Origin: Bdellovibrionia bacterium
GTDB lineage: Bacteria > Bdellovibrionota > UBA1018
Direction of reading: 5' to 3'
Assembly: GCA_045805065.1 (NCBI GenBank)
Contig: JBJMMA010000215.1
Span: forward strand, 1 to 10,539
Length of the DNA: 10,539 nucleotides
In this document: positions 1-8,309 of the stretch, piece after piece
Position numbering within the stretch: position 1 is the stretch's first letter
Layout of the letters: every line of letters begins with the position of its first letter
The notes under the pieces: generated by a model
Told to the model about the DNA's origin: nothing
The model's input: only the letters and a program-made list of their open reading frames with translations
Databases searched by the model: none
Position numbers and translations under genes: made by a program

Positions 1-2577
1 ACTGTTGCATCGATTGCTCTTGTCGGGTGGCGGTTTGATATTGCCGTCTTGAAAACAGTTTTGCCAGGCTACATCACCGTGAAGGCCAACACCGCGGTTT
101 TGTTTGCAGCCCTTGGTACTTCAATCTGGTGTTTGGTTCGCCAACCTCGTGCCCGGTGGGCATTCACTGTTGCTGCGATCCTGTCTGGGTTTGCAATCCT
201 TGTGTCGTCGCTCACCTTGATTGAGTACTGGGCGCACGTCAATCTAGGCATTGACGAGTTCCTTTTCAAAGACACTGACAGCATGAACAGGTGGCCTCCT
301 GGGCGGATGGCGCCCATCACCGCGGTGAGCTTCATCTTGATGGGTTCGTCGATTCTTTTGGCGAACAATCCGTGGAAGCGATTTCACAAGGTCACTAACT
401 TCTTTGATCTTTGCGTAGGATTGGTCGGCTTTCAGTCTCTAGTGGGTTTCATCTGCGGCGTTCGGTCGGTATTTGGCCTTTCGGTCTATACGCAGATGGC
501 GATTCACACGACGATTCTCTTTGTGCTTCTCACTACGGCACACACCCTTCTTCACTCAAGAAGAGGATTTGTGGCCATTCTGCGCTCCCACTCCATGGCT
601 GGGTCCATGGGAAGACGACTCATGCTTGCAGCTGTGTTGCTGCCCACTTTCACGATGTGGATTCAGGTCTATTGTGAAAAGTTCGGATGGCTGGATGCGG
701 GCGGCGGTGCAATGGTCAGAACGACTGCGACAGCTGCGTTCCTGATCGTGATCGTCTGGAGGACAGTCACAGAACTTCATCAGTCAGAGCAAAAACGCGC
801 CGAATCGGAGTTTGCGAAAGCGGGCTTTATTGCTGATATTACGGCAAGAAAAAAAATGGAGATTGAGACCAAGCTCCACAATGCCCATCTTGCCGCCATT
901 ATCGCGACTCAGTATGAGATCGCCACCGCCGGGATGGATCTGGACAAAGTACTGAATCTTGCCGTCTCGCGCGCGAAGACGTTACTTCAAGCAGAAGGTA
1001 CGATCGTGGAAATGGTTGACGGCGATGAGTTGCACTACCGGGCTGCAAGCGGTACCGCAGTTCAGCACCTGGGTCTGCGCTTGAAGATTGAGTCGAGCTT
1101 CTCTGGGTATTGCCTGCGTGAAAAAAGATTCATGAAATGCGATGACGCTGAGATCGACTCGCGTGTGAATGCGGAGGCCTGCCGCAGAGTGGGCGTGCGT
1201 TCGATGATCGTGGCGCCGCTTATGAGTGGAGATCGCGCGATCGGGGTATTCAAGGCATTTTCCTCAGAAAAAAGCGCTTTCAACGAATCTCAAATCAATA
1301 CCTTGCAACTTGTGGTGGGTCTGATTGCTGAAGCTCTCTCTCGCGCCCAGACGTTTTCCGAAAAGCAAAAGGCTAAGGAAGAAGCGCAGCGTGCCGCACG
1401 AGCCAAGGCCGAGTTTCTGGCCAATATGAGTCATGAGATTCGCACTCCTCTGAATGGCATCATCGGGATTTCCGACTTGCTTGCGGAACTGCCGCTTGGG
1501 GAGCAGCAAAGAAAGTATACTGAGATCATTCGCTCTTCAGGCCAGGGTCTTTTGACGATCGTGAACGACATTCTGGATTTCTCCAAGATTGAAGCTGGCA
1601 AGCTGGATCTTGAAGTCATCGGCTTCAACTTGAACACTCTTGTTCAAACGCAAGTCAATTTGCTCGAGACTGCGGCTAAAGATAAGAACCTCATCATCAT
1701 GACGAAGATTGATCCTTCCCTTCAAGGACACTTCGCCGGAGACCCAGGTCGCATTGGCCAGATTATTCTCAACTTGGTTGGCAATGCCATTAAGTTCACA
1801 AGCGCGGGCTTCATCTCGATTCATGTCACGCCCGTTGAATCAACGGATCCATTGGCGCAATATGTGAAATTTGAGGTTCGCGATACTGGCATCGGTATTC
1901 CAGGCGATGCTTTACAAAAACTCTTCCAGCCGTTTACGCAGGCCGATGGCTCCACGGCGAGACGTTTTGGCGGCACTGGCCTTGGCTTATCGATCAGCAA
2001 GAGACTCGCTGAGCTCATGGGGGGCCAGATCGGGGCGGAAAGCGAGCCAGGAAAAGGCTCGGCGTTCTGGTTTACGGTGCGGCTCTCAGCTGCTGAGAAG
2101 GTCGCCAAGGCGATCAAGGCGGAATTGGCAGTGGAGAGCGCGAAGAACGAAAGCAGCGCTCAATCAAAATCTCAGCAAGATCGATCGAAGTATCGAATCC
2201 TGATTGCCGAGGACAATTCTGTGAATCAGATGGTGGCGTTGGCTCAAATGAAAAAGCTGGGTTATTCCGCGCAGGCTGTCGCAAATGGTAAAGAAGCCGT
2301 TGATGCTTTTTCTACCGGCTCATTTGATCTGATTCTCATGGATTGTCAGATGCCTGAAATGGATGGCTTTGAGGCCACGAAAAAGATCCGTGAGCTTGAG
2401 GCAAGCAGTGGCAAGAGAATCCCTATCATTGCGCTTACCGCAAACGCCATGAAAGAGGACGAAGAGAAGTGCCTTCAAAGCGGCATGACCGATTTCATCA
2501 GTAAGCCCGTCAAGCAAGAGCAGCTATCTGAGAAGTTAGAGCGCTTACTTACCAAGTCACAAGGAGAGGTGGCTTAG
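1..2577 (+). CDS. Membrane-bound hybrid sensor histidine kinase/response regulator (multi-TM N-terminus, GAF, HisKA, HATPase_c, REC); 5' end lies outside the window
   Basis: The frame is open from base 1 ([23 protein letters not shown]...), so the TTG at 49 is probably internal. About 7 hydrophobic segments; GAF-like region (SFSGYCL...DAEIDSRVN...VRSMIVAPL); H-box [20 protein letters not shown]-box [15 protein letters not shown]1 VRDTGIGI; F-box [10 protein letters not shown]2 GGTGLGLSI; receiver ILIAEDN...[13 protein letters not shown]...ALTANA...KP. No Hpt domain seen. Confidence 0.95.
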   Translation, partial: TVASIALVGWRFDIAVLKTVLPGYITVKANTAVLFAALGTSIWCLVRQPRARWAFTVAAILSGFAILVSSLTLIEYWAHVNLGIDEFLFKDTDSMNRWPPGRMAPITAVSFILMGSSILLANNPWKRFHKVTNFFDLCVGLVGFQSLVGFICGVRSVFGLSVYTQMAIHTTILFVLLTTAHTLLHSRRGFVAILRSHSMAGSMGRRLMLAAVLLPTFTMWIQVYCEKFGWLDAGGGAMVRTTATAAFLIVIVWRTVTELHQSEQKRAESEFAKAGFIADITARKKMEIETKLHNAHLAAIIATQYEIATAGMDLDKVLNLAVSRAKTLLQAEGTIVEMVDGDELHYRAASGTAVQHLGLRLKIESSFSGYCLREKRFMKCDDAEIDSRVNAEACRRVGVRSMIVAPLMSGDRAIGVFKAFSSEKSAFNESQINTLQLVVGLIAEALSRAQTFSEKQKAKEEAQRAARAKAEFLANMSHEIRTPLNGIIGISDLLAELPLGEQQRKYTEIIRSSGQGLLTIVNDILDFSKIEAGKLDLEVIGFNLNTLVQTQVNLLETAAKDKNLIIMTKIDPSLQGHFAGDPGRIGQIILNLVGNAIKFTSAGFISIHVTPVESTDPLAQYVKFEVRDTGIGIPGDALQKLFQPFTQADGSTARRFGGTGLGLSISKRLAELMGGQIGAESEPGKGSAFWFTVRLSAAEKVAKAIKAELAVESAKNESSAQSKSQQDRSKYRILIAEDNSVNQMVALAQMKKLGYSAQAVANGKEAVDAFSTGSFDLILMDCQMPEMDGFEATKKIRELEASSGKRIPIIALTANAMKEDEEKCLQSGMTDFISKPVKQEQLSEKLERLLTKSQGEVA
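2561..2570 (+). promoter_or_regulatory. Shine-Dalgarno for the GT9 gene
   Basis: AAGGAGAGGT ends 8 nt before the ATG at 2579, inside the 3' end of the kinase gene. Confidence 0.7.
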
Positions 2578-2578
2578 T

Positions 2579-3766
2579 ATGACACTGACTCTGATGCAGC
2601 AAGTGGACAAGGTTGTGGGCGTTCCCATTGCCTGGATGCTCGGTTTTTTCACACATCGCTCAAAGACTTTGGCCGGAGATCAGAAACCTTCGCGGCCCAA
2701 AAGAGTGATCTGCACGAAGTTTGTGGGACTTGGTAGCGTAACGCTAGCGCTCCCCATGTTGAAAGCCTTGAAGGAGTCCGGCGTAGAGATCGCGTTCTGG
2801 ACATTTTCAAGCCAGGCAGAGCTTTTGAGAATCTCAGGCTATGTGGACCATGTCTGGGTTGTGAAGCCGTCCTTACTTCGGTTTCCTCTGAGCATGCTGC
2901 AGTGCCTTTGGAAGGCGATTCGCTTCAAGGCTGATGCTTTTCTCGACATGGAACAGACATCCAACTGCTCGGCGATTTTGGCGCGATTGTCGGGTTCGCC
3001 AGTGCGGGTTGGTTTCTTATGCGGCAAGCCTGTGCGCGAGGGACTGTTTACGCATCTTGTGTCCTTAACGGCAGGCCGTCATATGTGTGAGAGTATTTTA
3101 CTGATGGCTCACTCGATCGGCGTGAACGCGGATCTTGCCTCACCTCTGCCCTCTCCTCGTGTTCCTCACTTCTCTCAGGCAAAGCCCCAGATTGGTTCCG
3201 CAGCTAAAGTCATCGTCGTCAATATCAATACCAGCGATCTGGGCCAGCTCTTGAGGCAATGGCCGGATTCGCATTGGGTAAGCCTTTGCCGTGAGCTGCT
3301 CAAGGACCCGGAAGCTGAGCTTGTTTTCCCTGGTGTTCGGTCCGAAGCGGCTAACAATCAGCGAGTCATTGAACAGCTTGTCGCGGCCGAAGGCGAGAGC
3401 GTGCGCACGAGGATTGTCAATTTGGCTGGCAAGTCCTCGCTTACAGAGCTCATGGCCCTTTTGAAGGATGCTCATCTCGCCATCAGTGTCGACAGTGGAG
3501 TGATGCATCTGGCGGCGTGGGCCGGGACGCCTGTCATTGGCCTTTTTGGGCCCGAGACGCCTCAACTTTATGCCCCTCGAAGCAAGCGATCAAAAGTGAT
3601 CTGGGCTGCACTGCCTTGCAGCCCCTGCTGTACCGTTGCGACTGAAAAGCACACGCGCTGCCGGGATAATCAGTGCATGAAGAAAATCGCACCAACACAG
3701 GTTCTATTGGCAGCCCGGGCTTTAATTCAGGAGATCGAACGCGGGCAGCACCCGCTTGTCGCTTAA
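2579..3766 (+). CDS. Glycosyltransferase family 9 protein (ADP-heptose:LPS heptosyltransferase-like)
   Basis: 395 aa. N-terminal KFVGLGSVTLALPMLKALK; C-terminal NLAGKSSLTEL...ISVDSGVMHLAAWAGTPVIGLFGPETP and LPCSPCC...C...CM, all typical of GT9. Good SD. Confidence 0.9.
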   Translation: MTLTLMQQVDKVVGVPIAWMLGFFTHRSKTLAGDQKPSRPKRVICTKFVGLGSVTLALPMLKALKESGVEIAFWTFSSQAELLRISGYVDHVWVVKPSLLRFPLSMLQCLWKAIRFKADAFLDMEQTSNCSAILARLSGSPVRVGFLCGKPVREGLFTHLVSLTAGRHMCESILLMAHSIGVNADLASPLPSPRVPHFSQAKPQIGSAAKVIVVNINTSDLGQLLRQWPDSHWVSLCRELLKDPEAELVFPGVRSEAANNQRVIEQLVAAEGESVRTRIVNLAGKSSLTELMALLKDAHLAISVDSGVMHLAAWAGTPVIGLFGPETPQLYAPRSKRSKVIWAALPCSPCCTVATEKHTRCRDNQCMKKIAPTQVLLAARALIQEIERGQHPLVA

Positions 3767-3772
3767 GCGCAC

Positions 3773-5047
3773 TCAGCTTTCCGAGTTCCCGAAAATACGA
3801 AGCAATGGTTCTTGCACGAAATCCATTGGGCGTGGAAGAAGCTGCAACGTCACGCCAAATGCAAGCATGCCTGGGGCAAGCAGATAACGGGCATCGATTC
3901 CAAATGGCAGCGTGATGAGCAGGACGTATCCAATGTTCACCAGGACGTAGCGCAAACTTGCATCGAGTGGGTTACGTCTCAGATAGCTTGACCAGATCCA
4001 GATCATTCGCACCCAGATCAGCATCATGATGATGTCGATGATCGTTCTTGGGCCCTTAGGTACATAGTCATAGGGAAAGATCTGGCCCCATTCAAAGAAC
4101 AGACTCCATGTTTTTGCTAAAACGTTAATCGCAGTTTCGCCAGGGCGAATCTGAACGCATTCTGAAACCTTCTGCCAAGCCTCGGTATTGAGCGAGAGGA
4201 GCTGATCATCGGTCAAGCACTGGCCCGATATGATCTCCTTGAACGGCCGTGTGGACATGACGTGTTGCAAGTCCTCGGGATCCCACCAGTCAAATCCTAG
4301 GCGGCACAATCCATAGTAAGCTTGTTGCCCTGCCGTCCCGGTTTGGGAAAACAAAGGGCGCTTGAGCGTGATCAGATTTCTTGTCACCCAGACAGAAGGT
4401 GCCGCAAGGCTCAGCACGACGCCAAGGATGAGTGCCTTTGTGGGGATTTTCCGGATGGGACGCCAAACCGTATTAAGAACTGCCAGAAGGGCGGGGAACA
4501 ATAAGTAATAGGATCTGCAAAGCGCAAGTAGCCCGAACGTGAAGCCAGAGCGCGCGGTGCGGCCTTCGAAAAAGTACAGCGAAGCCAAAAAGAACAAAAG
4601 CACGCTGAGACTTTCGGTCAGAGGATAATTTCCCATGGTGATCAGCATAGGGCAGAGAGCAAGAACCCAGGGGAAGACCTGAGGGCGACTCAGGCCCATG
4701 GCGCGACCCAGCTTTTCACTGGTCTTCATTGCCAAGAGATCAAAGACCATATTGAGAATGCCTGGTCCGTACACATCGCTTATTTCAAAAGTATAGAGGA
4801 TCGAGAGGATAAACGGATATAGGGGAGGTCGTTGAGAGGTTGGCGGAAACGGCGGAACCCAGCACCGACTGAAGCCATGCCCTGCCGCCAGATTATGGGC
4901 AATGACTTGAAAGTCCCCCGCATCACCCCTCGGGTGCGGCCTCATCAGCGCCAGAAGCCCGACACGGAACAATACCGCCCAGAAATAAGGATTATCCCAG
5001 CGGAAGAAAGCTCGTACTGCCTGAAGTCGATTCACCTTCCAACGCAT
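3773..5047 (-). CDS. Polytopic membrane glycosyltransferase, ArnT/PMT-like (GT-C fold)
   Basis: 424 aa with many TM segments. First-loop motif GDAGDFQVIAHNLAAGHG...SQRPPLYP, then LTESL, LCRSY, PSVWVTRN and a C-terminal DARY, a pattern characteristic of bacterial ArnT/GT39-like proteins. Weak SD (AAAGGA) upstream. Confidence 0.75.
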   Translation of the reverse strand: MRWKVNRLQAVRAFFRWDNPYFWAVLFRVGLLALMRPHPRGDAGDFQVIAHNLAAGHGFSRCWVPPFPPTSQRPPLYPFILSILYTFEISDVYGPGILNMVFDLLAMKTSEKLGRAMGLSRPQVFPWVLALCPMLITMGNYPLTESLSVLLFFLASLYFFEGRTARSGFTFGLLALCRSYYLLFPALLAVLNTVWRPIRKIPTKALILGVVLSLAAPSVWVTRNLITLKRPLFSQTGTAGQQAYYGLCRLGFDWWDPEDLQHVMSTRPFKEIISGQCLTDDQLLSLNTEAWQKVSECVQIRPGETAINVLAKTWSLFFEWGQIFPYDYVPKGPRTIIDIIMMLIWVRMIWIWSSYLRRNPLDASLRYVLVNIGYVLLITLPFGIDARYLLAPGMLAFGVTLQLLPRPMDFVQEPLLRIFGNSES

Positions 5048-5066
5048 AGAAAATGTGTTCCTTTGG

Positions 5067-5088
5067 TTATGATTTTATATCATCATAA
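5067..5088. promoter_or_regulatory. Inverted repeat TTATGAT-N8-ATCATAA in a 45-bp divergent intergenic region (bidirectional promoter or operator)
   Basis: Perfect 7-bp arms at 5067-5073 and 5082-5088, each containing TATGAT (-10-like) on opposite strands, between divergent starts at 5047 and 5093. Confidence 0.45.
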
Positions 5089-5092
5089 GCTC

Positions 5093-5848
5093 ATGGCAGC
5101 CGAAAACACCTCTCAGTCGAAAAAATCGATTAAACTTTATTTAGGTGCCGCTGTTGCGCTGATTGTTTTAGTTGCGGGCGCGCGTGGCTATCAATCCCTG
5201 CAGTATTCAAAGAAGTGCGGCGTACCTCGAACCTCTTGTCGTGAGCACCTCGAAGCCGGGTGTACCGCCAGCGGCATCTTCACGGTGGCAGGCCCTCAGG
5301 GAGTCAACCTGAAAGCTTACTGCGATCAGAAGACCGATCAGGGCGGCTGGATGCTTGTTCTGAACTATAATCACCGCGGTGGTACGAATCCCGTGCTCAA
5401 CGCGCGCAAGGCAGATCTTCCGCTGGCTTCCGGGTCCTCATTGGGAACCGATGAAAGCGGCAGCGAATACTGGGGCCACACGGTTCCTGATATGATGAAG
5501 AACCTCGAGTTCTCAGAGCTTCGTTTCCACTGTGAGATTGCAAATTCGAGCCGCGTGGTGGATTTCAAGACACCCTCCAAGAACTGCATCTCCTACTTCA
5601 AGACCGGCAAGGGTGATTGCGCAGGAATGGGATCGGAATTCAGCCCGCTTCCAGACCACAGCGGAAAGCTTCCTAAAGCTGCAACAGGCGGATTCAAGGA
5701 CAAGGGCGATTACGCGATGACCGAGTTCCCTTTCTTTCTGGCAATGGGTAACCATTGGGGAATCCATGGTCTTGAACGCCGCTGGGAGTGCGACGAATAC
5801 AATAATGGCGATGGCGTGAATTCCCATCACCAGATCTTTGTTCGCTGA
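5093..5848 (+). CDS. Membrane-anchored or exported fibrinogen-like (YCDxxxxGGGW-type) domain protein
   Basis: 251 aa from the ATG at 5093 (an in-frame ATG at 5069 is an alternative). Basic-then-hydrophobic N-terminus KKSIKLYLGAAVALIVLVAGA; SC...G...SGIF...AYCDQKTDQGGWMLV resembles the start of fibrinogen C-terminal-related domains; 8 Cys. The listed 4832 start overlaps the opposite gene and is unlikely. Confidence 0.75.
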   Translation: MAAENTSQSKKSIKLYLGAAVALIVLVAGARGYQSLQYSKKCGVPRTSCREHLEAGCTASGIFTVAGPQGVNLKAYCDQKTDQGGWMLVLNYNHRGGTNPVLNARKADLPLASGSSLGTDESGSEYWGHTVPDMMKNLEFSELRFHCEIANSSRVVDFKTPSKNCISYFKTGKGDCAGMGSEFSPLPDHSGKLPKAATGGFKDKGDYAMTEFPFFLAMGNHWGIHGLERRWECDEYNNGDGVNSHHQIFVR

Positions 5849-5857
5849 GCGAAGCTC

Positions 5858-7318
5858 CTAGTGCCAGCCCCAATCATAGGGGCCATCGTATCGATAGGTC
5901 TTGAAGCAGGTTGCGCCTGGCTTGACGAAGCGGGGTGGATAAGGAGCGCCGTCGTTCCAATTGACGGTGGTCTCGTTATACACCCACTGCCACTGGGTGA
6001 ACTCCAGGCAGCAAGGCCTTGCTTGCGTGCACTCTTCCGTACCCGGCATGTGAATCACTTTGTCGTAAACGGCAAGTGAGACGCCACCATAGTGCTTGGC
6101 CCAGTTCCAGCCATCCATCAGCGTGTAAGTGGCTGAGAATGCGCCTCCGAGATAAAGGATCATGGCGAGCGAATAGAGCTTCTGGTTTTCAGCCTCTTTG
6201 CTCCAGGCCGCGCGAATCGCGACGAATGCCGCAAGAAAGATCTGAAGTCTCAGGCCGTAATACACCAGGCTTCGGTTCTGCATCACAAAGTATGGGACTG
6301 TACAGATCAGCCCGCCCAGGAGCAAAAGCCAGGTGAGTTTGATTCTCGGATTGGCCTTACCGGGCAAAGGGTCCGTCAGTGGATTTAACGCCAGAAGGGT
6401 TCCTGCCGTTGCCAGGACAAAGGCAATCGGATACTCGGCCTCGCTTTGGCCAAGGACGATGGCTTTTAAATTGAGAAGATCCAGAAACGGTTTACTGATG
6501 GCGTAAAGCCCGATCAACAAGTAGTAGCGCGCCGTATGAGCCATATTAATCGGCGCATAGGAGATCACGATTTCAGGTCGGTTGGAGGTGCCGGGATTAA
6601 GTCCTCGATAAAGCAAAACGTAGGTCGTTCCCAATATGGCCGGCGTCAAGACTTCGCCCCAATGGATCTGTTTTTTGTCTGATACGACCCAGTTCCAGAA
6701 CGATGTCCAAAAGAGCATGAAGAACGTGGCTTCATGGCTTTGACAGGCAAGAAAGCAGGAGAAGATGGCAAGCGGGTAGCGAACCCAATGTGCTCGTGAC
6801 CAGGCAGGAAGGTCTTTGTCATCGGCGTAAAAGAAAGCCCAGAAAAGTCCTAAGAGTCCTGGCTGCATCCAGCAATCAGGATAAATCATCGTCGTGCATA
6901 GTACCCAGGTTGGCGTCCACCAGACCAGAAGCGCGATCAGCCAGAGCGTCTCTTTGCCAAGCGGGATGGCTTTCCTGACCAGGACCAAAATTCCCCAGGC
7001 AAAGGCAAGACACGCAAGCCAGGATCCAACCCAGTCAAAGTAGTTATAGCTATGGGCGCTCACGCCCATCGACGTGAGAAGCTTGAAGTAAAAACGGTAA
7101 GGCAGGGGGCGAAACGTACCAAAGAGGAAGATCCTCTCTTTTTGAGGAAGAAAAAGCAGCGACAGATGCTCAAGCCAGGACATTGCGCCTGCCCCGTCCT
7201 TATAAAGGAACTCCCCTTCATCCATCGCGCCCCAGCGCGAGTTGGGCAAAAAGAAGATCAAAGCAGCAATAGGCAGAGAGAGCGCGTACAGCCACTTCCA
7301 AATTTTGGATTTAGCCAA
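5858..7318 (-). CDS. Polytopic integral membrane protein, putative GT-C-fold glycosyltransferase
   Basis: 486 aa with roughly 10-12 TM segments. Acidic pair D33-E34 after TM1, F69-R70-P71, S194-H195-E196. TTG start with AAGGA SD, overlapping the GT2 stop by 8 bp. The CDS is well supported, the function is inferred. Confidence 0.6.
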   Translation of the reverse strand: MAKSKIWKWLYALSLPIAALIFFLPNSRWGAMDEGEFLYKDGAGAMSWLEHLSLLFLPQKERIFLFGTFRPLPYRFYFKLLTSMGVSAHSYNYFDWVGSWLACLAFAWGILVLVRKAIPLGKETLWLIALLVWWTPTWVLCTTMIYPDCWMQPGLLGLFWAFFYADDKDLPAWSRAHWVRYPLAIFSCFLACQSHEATFFMLFWTSFWNWVVSDKKQIHWGEVLTPAILGTTYVLLYRGLNPGTSNRPEIVISYAPINMAHTARYYLLIGLYAISKPFLDLLNLKAIVLGQSEAEYPIAFVLATAGTLLALNPLTDPLPGKANPRIKLTWLLLLGGLICTVPYFVMQNRSLVYYGLRLQIFLAAFVAIRAAWSKEAENQKLYSLAMILYLGGAFSATYTLMDGWNWAKHYGGVSLAVYDKVIHMPGTEECTQARPCCLEFTQWQWVYNETTVNWNDGAPYPPRFVKPGATCFKTYRYDGPYDWGWH

Positions 7319-8309
7319 TTTGAGCGGTCCTTGTTTTGGTTTCAGCTGCTTCGGATACGGCCGAGCTCTCCTGGATGATCACATTGGGTCGACCCAGACT
7401 CAGTTCGTAAATCCTGCCGACATACTCGCCCAGGATCCCAATGCAAATGAGCTGAATGCCGCCCACCAATCCTAAAAGAGAGATTGTGGATAGCCAGCCC
7501 GGGACAAAGTTTTTGTGAAAAAGCGACATGCCCAGATGAAACAAAATGGTCGCAATACACAAGAAGCTCACCGCTATTCCGATGTAGCTCGCAAACTGAA
7601 GTGGCTTTCGCGAGAACGAGAAAACGGCATTGAATGCAAAGCCAAGCATCTTCCGGAACGAAAACTTCGTTACGCCGGCGTGGCGGGATTCTCTTCGGTA
7701 CGAGACAACCGCTCTTGGAAAACCCACCCACACAGCAAGGCCCCGCCAATAGGGCCCTACTTCCTTGGTTTGAGCCATGATGTCGAGCACTTTCCGATCC
7801 ACCAGTCTGAAGTCCCCGACATGCGCGGGAAATGCACCATTGGTGAGTGCCGCGATGACTCTGTAGAACACGCTTGCAGTGACGCGCTTGAACCAGGTGT
7901 CCGTGGAGCGATCGTTGCGCCAGCCGATCACGACAGCGTGACCTTCTCGCCACTTCTTTACCATTTCAACGACAACCGATGGAGGATCCTGAAGATCCAC
8001 GTCCATCGTGACGCAAGCCATGCCTCTCGCCTCTTTCATTCCGGCCAAAAGCGCGAGCTGATGACCAAAGTTGCGCGAAAGTTTCACAAGTCTCACGTGA
8101 TAGGACCTGTGGCGAGACTCTTTTTTGATGACCTCAACCGTTTGATCCGTGGATCCATCATCGACAAAAAGAACTTCAAGAGAGGGTAGCTTCTCGCGCT
8201 GCTCATCGATGGCGTTCAAAAAAGAACCGATGCACTTTTCCTCATTCAGGCACGGAACAACAATCGAGAGCTCCGGCCACATACGCGTCTCATTTGTGAT
8301 TTCATTCAT
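7311..8309 (-). CDS. GT2 polyprenol-phosphate glycosyltransferase (GtrB/ArnC/DPM1-like)
   Basis: 332 aa from the ATG at 8309 with AAAGGAG SD. Motifs SIVVPCLNEE, FVDDGSTD, SRNFGHQLALLAG, MDVDLQDPP and GDFRLVDRKV, plus two C-terminal TM helices ending GILGEYVGRIY. Confidence 0.93.
   Translation of the reverse strand: MNEITNETRMWPELSIVVPCLNEEKCIGSFLNAIDEQREKLPSLEVLFVDDGSTDQTVEVIKKESRHRSYHVRLVKLSRNFGHQLALLAGMKEARGMACVTMDVDLQDPPSVVVEMVKKWREGHAVVIGWRNDRSTDTWFKRVTASVFYRVIAALTNGAFPAHVGDFRLVDRKVLDIMAQTKEVGPYWRGLAVWVGFPRAVVSYRRESRHAGVTKFSFRKMLGFAFNAVFSFSRKPLQFASYIGIAVSFLCIATILFHLGMSLFHKNFVPGWLSTISLLGLVGGIQLICIGILGEYVGRIYELSLGRPNVIIQESSAVSEAAETKTRTAQIG

Noticed and set aside
49..51. TTG start of the kinase given by the ORF track
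   Set aside because: The frame is open and hydrophobic back to base 1, so the true start is probably upstream of the window.
849..856. A8 homopolymer in the kinase as a phase-variation tract
   Set aside because: It is in frame (Arg-Lys-Lys-Met), short, and explained by the RKK motif.
69..4504. Many 60-140 aa ORFs nested in the kinase, GT9 and GT-C genes
   Set aside because: They overlap well-supported genes and show no domain signal.
4832..5092. 87-aa N-terminal extension of the fibrinogen-like ORF
   Set aside because: It overlaps the opposite-strand GT-C gene by over 200 bp and would bury the signal/anchor sequence.
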